Origin: Omnitrophica WOR_2 bacterium GWF2_43_52
GTDB taxonomy: Bacteria > Omnitrophota > Gorgyraeia > Gygaellales > UBA12090
Reading direction: 5' to 3'
NCBI GenBank assembly: GCA_001805445.1
Contig: MHGF01000038.1
Coordinates: forward strand, 4,912-68,911
DNA: 64,000 bases
This document shows positions 49,390-60,700 of the stretch, piece by piece. A program made the position numbers and the translations under genes. The stretch's first letter is position 1. Each line of letters starts with the position of its first letter. Below the pieces are notes generated by a model. That model was not told where the DNA came from, searched no databases, and saw nothing but the letters and a program-made list of their open reading frames with translations.

Positions 49390-50007
49390 CTATTTTAATT
49401 TATCTCCCACCTTACCCACTAAATCCTTTCCTGGGGTAAGAGTTTTCTTACCCGGTTCCCATTTTGCCGGACACACATGTACCGGATTTTCCCGGACATG
49501 TTTAAAAGCCTTGAGCTTCCGCAAGAGTTCATCCGAATTCCTCCCCACGGGGAAAAAATTCACCTCTGATGCCATAAGCTTTCCGTCAGGATCAATAATA
49601 AACGTCCCCCTCAAATCCAAACCGCTTGTTTCATCATACACCCCAAAAGCCCTCGAGACATTGTGCGTAGGGTCTGCTGCCATGGGATATTTAATATCCG
49701 AAAGCAGTTTTTCCGCAGCATGCCAGGCATAATGCACATAATGGGTATCAGTACTCACTGACACGAGTTCAGCCCCTTCTTTCTTTAAGAGTTCATATTT
49801 TTCGCCCATATCCGCCAACTCCGTAGGGCAGACAAAGGTATAATCTGCCGGATAGAAAAACAGAATCAGCCAATTGCCTTTCTTGGCAATATCTGAAAAT
49901 TTCACCTTGCCAAAATCTTTTTTATCAGGTAAATATACATCCATCTCAAAATCCGGAATCTTATGTCCTATGCTTAATACTTTTAATTGCTGTTCTTCCA
50001 TCATCAT
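49390..50007 (-). CDS. Peroxiredoxin (typical 2-Cys AhpC/Prx1 type)
   Basis: FYPADYTFVCPTEL peroxidatic Cys motif and C-terminal VCPAKW resolving Cys. Confidence 0.85.
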   Translation of the reverse strand: MMMEEQQLKVLSIGHKIPDFEMDVYLPDKKDFGKVKFSDIAKKGNWLILFFYPADYTFVCPTELADMGEKYELLKKEGAELVSVSTDTHYVHYAWHAAEKLLSDIKYPMAADPTHNVSRAFGVYDETSGLDLRGTFIIDPDGKLMASEVNFFPVGRNSDELLRKLKAFKHVRENPVHVCPAKWEPGKKTLTPGKDLVGKVGDKLK

Positions 50008-50024
50008 CCTCCCTAGTATAAAAA

Positions 50025-50531
50025 TCAGGTTAATTGCTTTATCATCTCTCTGCAAAATGCCGGAAGATCATACGGGGTGCGCGAGGTAATTAAATTACCA
50101 TCCACTACCACCTCTTTATCCAGAAACTGCGCTCCCGCGTTTACCACGTCATCCTTGATTGCCGAAAAACTGGTCGCCTTCTTGCCTTTGAGTATTCCCG
50201 AGGATACTAAGACCCATCCTCCATGACAAATAGAGGCAACTACTTTGCCTTGAGCATATAAATCCTTGACGAAATTATTCACCTCCTTATACCTGCGTAA
50301 AATATCCGGAGCATATCCTCCAGGGATAACCACGCCGTCAAAATTTTGCGCCCGGGCGTCTTTTATAGAAAGCTCCTCAGGCGCGGGGTATCCTTCCTTG
50401 CTTTTGTATTCTTTCTTTTGCCCTGTTCCAACGAATACAGCCGTAATGCCTTCTTCTATCAGGCGAAAGTAGGGGTACCAAACTTCTAATACTTGGTACT
50501 GATCCTCAACCAGTATGGCTATTTTTTTCAT
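50025..50531 (-). CDS. DJ-1/PfpI-family protein
   Basis: VVASICHGGWVL nucleophile-elbow cysteine motif. Confidence 0.8.
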   Translation of the reverse strand: MKKIAILVEDQYQVLEVWYPYFRLIEEGITAVFVGTGQKKEYKSKEGYPAPEELSIKDARAQNFDGVVIPGGYAPDILRRYKEVNNFVKDLYAQGKVVASICHGGWVLVSSGILKGKKATSFSAIKDDVVNAGAQFLDKEVVVDGNLITSRTPYDLPAFCREMIKQLT

Positions 50532-50532
50532 C

Positions 50533-51384
50533 TTATACCCCTAACTCATCAATGATGCGCGCCATAATAAAATCATTTTCGGTAAGGCCGCCGGCGCTAT
50601 GCGTCGTAAGAGTAACTTTTAATTTATTGTAATTTATAGTCATTACAGGATGATGCCCCTGCTCTTCAGCAATGATAGAAATCAAGTCCAGAAAATATTT
50701 TGCCTCCACAAAATCCTTATACTTAAATTCTTTAGTGATTTTTTTATCTTCTACCAATTGCCAGCCCCGATAACGCGCAAGCAACCTTTCAATTTCCTCC
50801 TTAGGAAGCGCCGGAACTGCTCCTTCGCAGGCCTTACAATGCGCGGGAAGCTCTTCTTTTTTGCCATACTCTGGATTCTTGATTACCCCTTCTAAGCTCC
50901 TGAGGACGGCCTCATAATCCGGGGAAGCAGTTACTTCTTCCACTATCTGAATATAGCGTATCACATCGTTTTTATCTATGACAATCACAGCGCGGGCTAA
51001 AAGATTAAGCTCTTTTATCAACACCCCGTAATTTATGCCAAAAGACGAAGCCTTATAATCAGAGAACAGGGTAATATTTTTTATATCGTAACTCGCGCAA
51101 AACCTCTTTTGGGCAAACGGCAAATCCTTGCTTATGCCTACAATAACACTATCAGGGCTAAGCCCTGAAGCTCTTCTATTAAACTCCTTTACCTGCATAT
51201 CACACACAGGAGTATCTATTGAGGGGAAAGAAGTGATTACCTTTACTTTCCCCTTCAGATCAAAAAGGCTTATTTCTTTTAAGTCGCCGTTTACTACTTT
51301 AAAATTGGCAGCGGCATTGCCAACCGAAATCGCCCTTCCCACAAGGGTTAAGGGATTTCCTTTAAAGGTTACTTTTCTCATCAC
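50533..51384 (-). CDS. Fusion of thiol peroxidase (Tpx) and pterin-4a-carbinolamine dehydratase (PCD/DCoH)
   Basis: N-terminal SFPSIDTPVCDMQ is the Tpx peroxidatic Cys. C-terminal AEEQGHHPVMTINYNKLKVTLTTH is the PCD [EQ]-x3-HHP motif. Confidence 0.75.
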   Translation of the reverse strand: MMRKVTFKGNPLTLVGRAISVGNAAANFKVVNGDLKEISLFDLKGKVKVITSFPSIDTPVCDMQVKEFNRRASGLSPDSVIVGISKDLPFAQKRFCASYDIKNITLFSDYKASSFGINYGVLIKELNLLARAVIVIDKNDVIRYIQIVEEVTASPDYEAVLRSLEGVIKNPEYGKKEELPAHCKACEGAVPALPKEEIERLLARYRGWQLVEDKKITKEFKYKDFVEAKYFLDLISIIAEEQGHHPVMTINYNKLKVTLTTHSAGGLTENDFIMARIIDELGV

Positions 51385-51398
51385 CGCGGCTCCCTTCC

Positions 51399-52181
51399 TT
51401 ATAATTTATGGAAATACCCTGCCACCAATTTTCCTAAAAAGAATCCGGTTCCGCATGATAGCGCGCCTATACCCAATGTTTCTAAACCGCTAAGAAACCA
51501 ATTAATTTTTGTCACCTTAGACTTAGAAACCCCTAAGATAAAAAGAAACAACAAAACAAAAGTAGCGGAAAAAAATAACGCGTTAGATACATTGTCTATT
51601 ATAAAAAACGGAACGAGCGCCGGAAGCGCGCCTATGACAAATGAAGCGCAGGAAATAACACCTATCTCAAACGGGTTATCAATCAACTCTGAAGTTATGC
51701 CTATTTCTTCCTGCACCATAAACTTAAGCCAGCGCTCTTTATCCGCGGTAATACGCGTTACCCCTATCTCTTGTTCCTCTTTGGTAAAACCCATATCTTC
51801 AAAAATCTCGCGTACCTCTTGAATTTCCCGCTGGGGCATTTCTTCTATTTCCCGCCTTTCCCGTTCAATCTGATTCTCAAAAAAATGCTTCTGGGCTTTG
51901 GTTGAGATATACGCGCCAAAAAATATTGCAAGGGACCCCGAAACAATCTGGATGACGCTTGCTAAAATTATTCTCTCTTTGGTCACCAGGGCAACCGACA
52001 CACCGGCGATAAAAGAGACGGTGGTAACTAATCCGGTATCAACAGCATAGACGATATCCCTGATTATCCTGCCTTTTTTACTATGCCAGCTTTCACCATG
52101 CCAGCTTTTGAGCCTTTCGGCAACAGAGCTTTCTAATTGCCGCATCGGGTTATTTGTTTCTGCCTCGCGTAGGCTCTTCAT
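51399..52181 (-). CDS. VIT1/CCC1-family (DUF125) iron/manganese transporter
   Basis: TM helices flank a glutamate-rich cytosolic metal-binding loop (ERERREIEEMPQREIQEVREIFE). Confidence 0.65.
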   Translation of the reverse strand: MKSLREAETNNPMRQLESSVAERLKSWHGESWHSKKGRIIRDIVYAVDTGLVTTVSFIAGVSVALVTKERIILASVIQIVSGSLAIFFGAYISTKAQKHFFENQIERERREIEEMPQREIQEVREIFEDMGFTKEEQEIGVTRITADKERWLKFMVQEEIGITSELIDNPFEIGVISCASFVIGALPALVPFFIIDNVSNALFFSATFVLLFLFILGVSKSKVTKINWFLSGLETLGIGALSCGTGFFLGKLVAGYFHKL

Positions 52182-52368
52182 AGGTAAGTGCCCTAATAAT
52201 GCCTATAGTTGCGCCCGTATCATCGGTTGTCGCGCAATCGCTCACCGAAAACACCTTCTTAATGGCATTTTCCTTAATAAAACCATTCACCTGCTGGTCT
52301 AAGCTAATCAATTCCTTATGAGTCTGGAATATTTTCAACTCATTGGTAAACGTCTTTACTTTTATCAT
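52150..52368 (-). CDS. Small hypothetical protein (72 aa)
   Basis: ORF only; no motif recognised. Confidence 0.3.
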   Translation of the reverse strand: MIKVKTFTNELKIFQTHKELISLDQQVNGFIKENAIKKVFSVSDCATTDDTGATIGIIRALTYEEPTRGRNK

Positions 52369-52440
52369 CGCTAGCTACCCTCCTTTTTTATCATGTCACG
52401 CTCATACCTCAAGCCTTTTGGTTATCCTCATCTTTCCCTA

Positions 52441-52815
52441 TTATTGTGTATGGCAAAATGCGGCTTTAATTCCCCTACCCTCTAATTCCCGTAATTTCGC
52501 CTGGGAACAGCGCCGGCATAAAAAAACAGCCTTGGCGTCTGAACGGTCGTAATTTTCCGTCTTAACCAAGCGCCATAACGCTCCTGGGTTTCCGCAAGAT
52601 TGGCAGGGGCTTTCTTCTTTTACCTGCCAAAGTTCTGTGATTTTATTTTTCTTGGCATTAAAAATAAACCTATCTACCCAAAAGAATATCGCTGAACCGA
52701 TAAGGTTGGCAATAATCGTAGAGCTTATCCCCATGCCCAGATTCCGCACGACCAGCCATAAAATTGGCGTGCTTAACTGCCATCGAAAAGCATAGATGAT
52801 AAATTTTTTAAACAT
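52441..52815 (-). CDS. Hypothetical membrane protein with a C-terminal CxxC...CxxC zinc ribbon (GtrA-like N-terminus)
   Basis: Three TM helices, then CQSCG...CRRCS. Confidence 0.35.
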   Translation of the reverse strand: MFKKFIIYAFRWQLSTPILWLVVRNLGMGISSTIIANLIGSAIFFWVDRFIFNAKKNKITELWQVKEESPCQSCGNPGALWRLVKTENYDRSDAKAVFLCRRCSQAKLRELEGRGIKAAFCHTQ

Positions 52816-53011
52816 TGTTAGCCTCTCCCAACTTTTTCTTCAATTCTTCAATTTCTGCCTCTAACTCCTCAATCTCAATCCACATCGCGGCCGGATCATT
52901 GTGTTCAAACTTCCCGCACTTCCTATCTCTATAGGAAGGAAGCCTCTTTTTCATATCATCCAGTTCTTTTACCTTAGCCTCTACTATTTTTGCAAGTTCT
53001 GCAGTATCCAT
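52808..53011 (-). CDS. Small hypothetical coiled-coil protein (67 aa)
   Basis: ORF in operon position upstream of the GtrA-like gene, with only a 4-nt overlap to it. No motif. Confidence 0.3.
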   Translation of the reverse strand: MDTAELAKIVEAKVKELDDMKKRLPSYRDRKCGKFEHNDPAAMWIEIEELEAEIEELKKKLGEANNV

Positions 53012-53381
53012 AGAAATGTATCCTGTGATATTCTACTACCATCCCCGAACGCCTGCTTATTGCTTTATCTAAATCAGCCAAGAGAGGCTCATCTAAATCA
53101 AAAATCTGTTTGCAGTCAGTGCAGAAAAAATGGTAGTGGTTACGTATATCCGCGTCATAATGGCTGCTGTATTTGCCGCAGGTTAATTCTAAGACCTTAC
53201 CTTCCTCTTTAAGAAGGTTCAAATTCCTATATACCGTCCCCATACTAATCGCGGGAAGGCGCCTTCTTACCATATGAAAAAGCGTATCCGCCCTTGGATG
53301 CGTTTTTACCTTGGTAAGCTCTTCTAGAATAATCCGCCTTTGCTTGGTATTCCTTTTTTTATTGTTAGCTTCTTTTTTCAT
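52974..53381 (-). CDS. Fur-family transcriptional regulator (PerR/Fur-like, structural Zn CxxC x2)
   Basis: KQRRIILEEL...HPRADTLFHMVRRRLPAISMGTVYRNLNLL, then CTDCKQ...CRTCKN. Confidence 0.8.
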   Translation of the reverse strand: MKKEANNKKRNTKQRRIILEELTKVKTHPRADTLFHMVRRRLPAISMGTVYRNLNLLKEEGKVLELTCGKYSSHYDADIRNHYHFFCTDCKQIFDLDEPLLADLDKAISRRSGMVVEYHRIHFYGYCRTCKNSRG

Positions 53382-53382
53382 C

Positions 53383-53412
53383 TTATTAGTAATAGTAACT
53401 ATTATTACTAAT
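53383..53412 (-). promoter_or_regulatory. Candidate Fur/PerR box: 28-bp AT-rich palindrome overlapping the Fur-family gene promoter
   Basis: The minus strand reads TTGACA-N17-TATTCT, followed by ATTAGTAATAATAGTTACTATTACTAAT immediately upstream of the ATG. Confidence 0.5.
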
Positions 53413-53582
53413 AGAATAACAAAAAGATAAACTTTGTCAAGAAAAATTTTGGGAGTTTCCTACTAGACTGTTACATTAGTTTGCAGTAGTCATTTATTTA
53501 CACCTGCGACGAGGTATCACCTCGTCGCGAGGCGATACCTCGTAGATGAACGCAAGGTTATCTTTTTAGATTTTTGAAACCA

Positions 53583-53717
53583 TTAGGAACTCAAAGGCTG
53601 ATTTAGGGGGGATTGGAGAGTTATAGGCAGGGCAGTGAAGTCAATGCCGCCTAATTCTTTTTGCTCTTCTAAAGCCGAAGCGGCAGTTTCTCCTGGTTTC
53701 TGGTTTCTTTTGGACAT
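53583..53717 (-). pseudogene. Orphan 44-codon ORF/fragment homologous at nucleotide and peptide level to the C-terminal region of the giant protein (GGIDFTALPITLQSPLNQP versus GGIDLTALPIVTQSALNQP)
   Basis: Direct comparison of 53594-53660 with 55120-55175: ggctgatttaggg...ggcagggcagtga(a/g)gtcaat(g/c)cc(g/a)cc. Confidence 0.4.
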
Positions 53718-53887
53718 ACGTATTATGCGCCACTATTCCCTGGGGCACAAAGTTGTGGGTGCCCTCAACTTCAATATCGTAAACCTAGAGCCTACCCAGA
53801 GGCTCAATTTTAACGATTGGCTCGAAGATAACTTTACCTTGACTTAAATTGCCTGATATGTTATTCTTTTTCTTAAGGAGTAAAAAA

Positions 53888-54301
53888 ATGAAAGCAAAAT
53901 CATTATCCAAGGTATCTATCGGAAAAAATCTTGTGAAGTTAGAGAAGCTGACAAAATTTTCAACTGTTTCTGCCAAAGAGCTTAAAAATGCCGGATTAGC
54001 CTCTCCTAAAGATTTCAAAGCTGGAGTAATAACAGATAAGGGCGGCTCTCCTAAGTATTTTATATTTGACACATATTCGCTCTGGGATATGCTTTGTGCC
54101 TTTGATGCGAAATTTGAGGAAAATGCTCCGGCCAAAGAATATGTATACCGCAATCCTGTCGGCTGGCTTATTGACGCCATTGAGACCCATCTGCCGGTCA
54201 ACCCTAAATTAGCGCTAAAACTAAAAAAGGGCATTGATGAAGCCCGGAAGTTAGGGCTGGTTCCTTTTGAAAAAATCAAGCATGAGTTAGGATTATCCTG
54301 A
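53888..54301 (+). CDS. Putative antitoxin of the RelE/ParE pair (138 aa, Phd/YefM-position protein)
   Basis: SD AAGGAG 8 nt upstream of the ATG; 8-nt gap to the RelE gene. These are the only plus-strand genes in the window. Confidence 0.5.
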   Translation: MKAKSLSKVSIGKNLVKLEKLTKFSTVSAKELKNAGLASPKDFKAGVITDKGGSPKYFIFDTYSLWDMLCAFDAKFEENAPAKEYVYRNPVGWLIDAIETHLPVNPKLALKLKKGIDEARKLGLVPFEKIKHELGLS

Positions 54302-54309
54302 CCAGCAAG

Positions 54310-54573
54310 ATGATTGAAAGTTTTGAATTTACCCCTGTCGGCGAACGAGACTTCAAGGGTCTCTCCCGCCAACTGCAGAACAGAATTATTGAAAAAATAG
54401 GACTCTATATTTCCTCTCGCAATCCCCTGCATTTTGCCAAACCCCTGGTAAATCTTCCACCAGCTACCCATAGATTTAGAGTTGGAAAATATCGCGTTTG
54501 TTTCTACATTAAAGGCCTTAATATCATTATTGACGGAGTTGACACCCGCGAAGACGCCTATCGCAGAAGATAA
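54310..54573 (+). CDS. RelE/ParE-family type II toxin
   Basis: FEFTPVGERDFKGL...RFRVGKYRVCFYIKGLNIIIDGVDTREDAYR matches the RelE/ParE fold signature. Confidence 0.75.
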   Translation: MIESFEFTPVGERDFKGLSRQLQNRIIEKIGLYISSRNPLHFAKPLVNLPPATHRFRVGKYRVCFYIKGLNIIIDGVDTREDAYRRR

Positions 54574-54750
54574 ATCTCCTTCTACCGCCTGCCTGCCTAT
54601 CCGGCAGGCAATCTCCTCCCCCTCTTTTATCTGGCCCAGCTTCGGAGCCTGCGGCAAGAGATTTGCCGTCAGGTGAATAGGGTAGGATTATAGCTGCTAC
54701 TTATGGCAGGAACGCCCCTTCAAATCTATATCTATTCGTGGTTTTAAATT

Positions 54751-57700
54751 CTATTGCGCGCTATAATTCGCCGGCTCCTTGGGCATAACGGTAATTTTGC
54801 TTAAGGCAAACTGCACATCCCGCGCGGGCTTATCCGACTCAAGCAAAATGAGCATCTCCTTTAAGGCTAAAGCAGTAGACACTCCCCTGTCCTCTTCTAA
54901 CCTCAATATCTCCGCAATACAGCCAAGTATTCTACCTATCTCCTGAGCATAGCCTTCTTCTTTTTGCAAAGATGAAGATGCTAAAGCATACTCCCTTATC
55001 CTTTCGCTTGAAGGCATAATCCCGGCATTGACCATAGCCTGAATCTGTTTTAGCTCGTTTTCCAAGTTGATATTGAGGTTTAAGGCCGAGCTGGCTATAG
55101 GCATATTGGTTATCAAGGGCTGATTTAGGGCAGACTGGGTTACGATGGGCAGGGCAGTGAGGTCAATCCCACCAGGTTTATTCTGTAGTGCAGAGGAAGA
55201 GGCAGGTTCAAGCGACTTTAGCTCAAGGGGCGAGGCGGCGGCTGCTTGTAATTCCAGAGGCCTTCCTTTTATCTCTAAAAGCTTGGCTTTTAATATCCCT
55301 TTTTCTGCTTCGGAAATTCCGCGCTTAGGCGGAAAACGGGTGGTAAGAAAAGATATAAGTTTTTCTATCTCCTTCTCTTCCCAATCAAATATTATTTCCT
55401 CTATATTCTTTAATACCGGACCCATCGCTATGTCTCCTAAACCATCCGCGGAAAATAATTCTTTACTTATTTTCTTACGGTCTTCTTCGGATAAACGTTT
55501 TTCTCTCTGTTGGTTTAGGCTTTCCTTAATTTCTTCAGCAGAAGGTTTAAAGTCTTTGAGATTCTCTTTAGTAAGAGTATATGGCATACTGAATTCTGTC
55601 TTAACATCAGAGTTTGATGAAGAAAAATCAAAATAAAGGTCTGTATCCAACGTATTCTTTTTCACTGCGGTTATTCCTTCTTGTCCCCCGTATTTCAAAG
55701 CTTCTTTTCCTGCGGATGATGCATCCGAGAATGAAACCGCGGGCACCATATCTTTTAACAAAAGCTCTGCCAGCCCCTCAAAAACCACCTTGTTTAGGTC
55801 CAGGTTGCTGGCGTTCCAAAGCGGCTGGACTACCACCCCTTGAGGGGTCAATACCAAAACAGCATTAGCTATCATTTTGTCATTGCCATTATATATCCTT
55901 AAGAATAAAGCATTAGTTTCAAGGGCATGAATCATGGGCATCTGATTGTTGCTCTTATGGGGAGCGAAACAGCCCGGAATGCCCACCGCGTAAGTATCTT
56001 TTAAGAAATCCTGGACTATTTCTACGGTTACCTTTTCTGAAGAAATACCTTTGCTTTTATACACCTCTTCAAATCTCTTTGTTTCTCCAAGGATACGTTT
56101 TACTGAATCTTTTACATCTTGCGATAATTTCTCGTTATTAAGAAAATATTCTTTGGCAAAAGCTTCTGCTTCCTGGTGGGAAGTTAGGCCTTTCTCTCTA
56201 TACGAAGCACCTATCTCAATATTATGCATATCGGCAAGCTCAATTAACTGCTCGTTCTGTTGTTTCATCTTATCCGTAATGTCTTCCCCGATGCCTTCCA
56301 TGGGAAGGGTCTTTCTTATGCCTTTATCCCAAAGAAGCGAGCTGTAGCCGCTCTTAAGAAGTTCCGCGTAAACTTCTTTGTTCCACTCTGCTTCTTTAAA
56401 AAGCCACTGGTTGAATCCTTTGGTGTCGCGAAATTCAAGCAGTTTATTAATTGAGAGGGCCGCTTTTTCACATATCCCCGGATACTCACCTTGTAAGCGA
56501 AAATAGAGGCCCACAAAATTACCTATATACGTAGCCATGTAATGAGTATCTAAAAATTCCTTTTCTTCTTCTGTTAAATCTCTATTGATTATCTTCTTAA
56601 ACGCATCGGACTTTACTTGCCGATTAATGATACTCAATTCGCTTAAGAGCTTCTTATCGCCTATACCATCGTTCTTGCTATAGCGGGCTAAAATATCATC
56701 TATCTTCTGGCTGGCATTGTATTCTAACGAAGCACCTTTAAGAATAATCCCTGTTTCTATCAAATAACCCATGGCTCCCCTTAATACTTCGTATTTTTTC
56801 TCAAGGTTCAGAAGGAGCTTTACCTGAGGAGCCATGGCCGGGATGCTGGATAATATATCATCATCCATGGCGGATTTAATAATATCTAAGAAAGAGGTAT
56901 CTCTTTTTCTTAAAAAATCCTCGAAAAAAGAAAGAGCAGGAACCATCTCCGCCTTGCCAAGATAATTAATTATTTCTATAATTTCGCTACGCTCTTTATT
57001 GATAAATTCCACTACCTTATCCCTTAATTTCTGTTCAGATAGGCCAAAAAGGTCTATTATAGATTCGGCTATCAGCTGACTTTCAGGTTTAACAATATTT
57101 ATTAAGGCATTAAGAATATTAACCTTTAGCTCCGGCGCGATTCCTTGATGCTTAAAGACGCTTTTCACGAATGTAGGTATATCCGCTCCAGACTCTTTGA
57201 TAACCTCATTCAAAGAGCCGTCAAGAATTGGCCTGATAAGGAAATCCGGCTGAGCCAGGGAAGAGAATATAAGCCTTACCTTAGCGGCAGAGGGTGAAAG
57301 TTTGGGGTAAAAAACTTCAAGAATTACTTCCAGATTATCAGCAAAAATATTTCTTTCTCCTAACGCATTCATGATAGCTGTTTTATAGTCCTCAGAAGCT
57401 GAGAGAAAATCTTTTCCTAACTCGGGGAGGAGTCTTACTACGGCTCTTCGCGCTTCTTCTCTTGCTGAATCAACAATGCCCTGATTGAATTGTCTTACCA
57501 ACATGTTCATAAAAATGGTTTTTAGGGCATCCGAGGCTGAGGGGAAGTCTTTTTCTAACTGGGGAATAAGTCTGGCGAACGCTTTTTGTGCCAGCTCATA
57601 ACGGCTACTATGGCTTATTAAATCTATAGCCTCAAGGATGGTGATTTTGTAAGTGTCGTATGAAACTGAGGGAAAATCTTCTTCTGTCCGGGGAATTAGG

Positions 57701-60700
57701 CTCCTTAAAGCTGTTTCATTCTTCAACTTTATTAAGTCTTTAACAATGTCAGCCCTGCGAATTTCAGAGAATAGCCTAAAAATACGCGCTAAAGCCTCTT
57801 CTACTACTTTTTCATCAATATAGTCATAGCCCCCATAGCCCCCCGCGCTTAGTGCATATACTAAATCATTAAAGATGGCGGTTTGCCTGACTTCTGAAAC
57901 TAAGGGGAAGTCTTTTTCCATCGGGGGAATGAACTTTAAAAAGACTTCCCTGCAGAGATACATCTCATTACGGTGAAGATTATCTTTTAAAAACTTAATG
58001 ATTATATCTTTAAAGCCTTCTGATAATATAGAGTAGTCTTCTACTAATTGCAGGAGGAATATTTCTAAGCTTTTGTTTTGACCACTACTCCCGTCTGTTA
58101 ACTTATTAAAAATGACGATTTTCTGGGCCTCAGAAGATGAGGGGGTAATACGCACTAAAGATGGATGCTCATACTTTAACTCATCAAGGATAACTTTTTG
58201 ATAGGCTTCTGAGGCTAGAGGAAAGTCTTTTTCCATCTGGAGGTGGATATTTTCTAAGCTTACGCTTGTTACTCTTGGTATTTGTTTTAATTTACCAACG
58301 TCGGATTTAATAACAAAATTTTTAACAATATCAAGGATGGCTTTCTTCTGGACTTCGGAGGACAGGCTAAAAATACTCGTTATTAGAACACCAGTATCGG
58401 AAAGATGATGGTCTCTAGTAGTCGTTTCCATTAATAAGGTTTTAATTGTGGTAGTTCTAATATGCTCACTAGCTACACTTAAAATGCTCCCTAAGAACTC
58501 TGCTGTTTTTCTATTTTCATAGAAATCTCTTATTAACTTATCAACAATGTCGTTTTGTTGAACCACAGAGGCAAGAGGGAAAATACGCGCTAAGGATGCG
58601 TACTGATACCTTAACGCATCAAGGATGAATGTTTTATAGGCGTCTAAGGCTGAAGGAAAGTCTTTTTCCATCTGGGGAATAAGTCTGGTTAAGACTTCTC
58701 CTGTTGCGGAGTTAAAAGAACTCACACTATAAACTCTTCTTAAAGTATTATGGATGGCCATTTTGTAAACCTCATTAGAGGTTGAGAGAAAGTCTTTTTT
58801 TAATTGGGGACTGAGTCTCTCTAAGGCTTTAATTGCTGTTTTTTGTCGTTCCGAACCATAAGTAATAGCCATATCTCTAAGAATATCAAGAAAGGCGGTT
58901 TTCTGATACTCAGAGGTTGAGGGAAGAATACGCTCTAAGGCGTCAGCTACTGGTTGAAAAACATCATATTGAACCAACTTTACAAAAAGATTAAAGCTGG
59001 CGGTTTTATAATCATCATTAGACATTAAGGGAAAATCTTTTTCTAATTGGGGGATAAAACTCTCTAAGGCTTTTATTGCTTTAGAACTGTTAGTTCCTAT
59101 AAGAGCATTAATGATGGTGGCTTTCTGGGCCTCAGAGGCTGAAGGGAAAATACGCGCTAAGGATTCGTGCTCATGCCTTAACTCATCAAGGACGACTGTT
59201 TTATAGGCTTCAGAGGCCAAAGGAAAATCTTTTTCTAATTGAGGAATGAGTCTTGCTAAGGGTTCTTTTGCTGTGTGAGAATACACCCGCCTATTAACTT
59301 CTCTTAAAGCATTCAAGATGGCTATTTTGTGGGCATCAGAGGATGAGGGAAAAATACGCTCTAAATCCCTGACTGGCGCTTTAAAACCAGTAAAAGCAAC
59401 TCTTTTTAAGAAACGAATGCGGAAGGTTTGATAGGCTTCAAAGGTTGAGCGAAAAATACCCTTGGGTTTTATAGAAACGATTGCATCTGGCCGAAGAGGT
59501 ACTGTATCCAACGGAGAGATAGTGTCTGCTTTTTCCTGAACCGCCGACGAAACCATCTTTAGATCTACCTCCGCAGGCAAACCTGTAACCTTAAATGGCC
59601 CTATCGTATTGCTTCCCATGGGCAATTCTCTTTCTGCCTTTATCACAACTACAGGACTGCCGGCTACAGGTACATCTCCTGGGACCTGTGTTGTAAGAGG
59701 GATCCCTACCATTAAATTTAACCCCCCGCTCATATAACTTCTGATAGTCTGTCCGTAGGCTGTAGGTATGGTAGCTTTGTGGTTATACTCGCCTTGCTTA
59801 AATGACTTCCGGTATTGTTGAAAGTAGGTCTGCTTGTCATAAGGCTCTTGTGAGGTAAGGTTAGTTAAGTCTCCTGAGTCTATATCAGGGACGGTTCTCC
59901 CAAGTAAACTACTACTTTCTGAGAACCGTCCCTTATACTTCTGCTTAAACCATTGTGCCAGGATTAATGAGTAATAGACTTGCCTAAGATTAGCGTATCT
60001 TTTGGAAGTGTTTATCTCTTTAGTAAGCTTGGGGATGATCAGCTCTCTGATAAGCTGAGATGAGTATTCATTAAGCTGTTTTTGGAGTTCGTCTTTAAAG
60101 TTGTATTGCGGTGAATCTTTGAGATAATCTTGCTCCAACATTACCTTTAAGGTTGCTTTGTAGATATAGGCACTTGTGGTGAGCGCAATCGAACCATTGT
60201 CTTGGGATTCGCGGATGATAACTTCATCCGGCACGATCCATGGCCGGGTTAAGGTGGGGATAGTAATGTTGCTGCTTGTGCCATAGAGCTCTTCGGCTTT
60301 TTGATATAGCTTATCCCAGTACTCTTTGCCTTCTCTGGTTTCTGGTGAGGTGAATTGCGCGGTGTCTTTCTTCAGCTGGAGGTCTGCTTCAAGAAGTATC
60401 TTACCTACATCAGTCTGGGCTAAGTCATCATCAATGATATTATCAGGGGCATCGGGCCTTAAATTTACCCAGAAACTTGAGTTTGGCAGGGTTAAGCCGA
60501 TGAAGAAGTATTTAAGCAGTTCATTAGTAACTTGTTCCAATGCGAGTTTGGAATCAGGTGGCGCGCTTCCTTTGTCTAAAAGTACGCTGAAGCTATTATT
60601 GAGATTATCATAGCCTATAGAGCGTAGATGTAAGGGACGGAATTTATCCTGATTAAAACTATTGGCATGTGCTTGCTTAAAATATCCAGAGATATCTATT

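Noticed and set aside
53785-54657. 290-aa minus-strand ORF in the six-frame track
   Set aside because: It is exactly antisense to the well-supported plus-strand antitoxin/RelE pair (SD-preceded, tight 8-nt spacing, clear RelE motif). Its low-complexity composition has no recognisable motif.
55000-60000. Possible CRISPR array suggested by periodic DNA repeats
   Set aside because: The periodicity is a protein-coding repeat (roughly 110-120-nt units, divergent, in one long ORF) inside the giant gene. There are no short identical direct repeats with unique spacers. No CRISPR array was found anywhere in the window.
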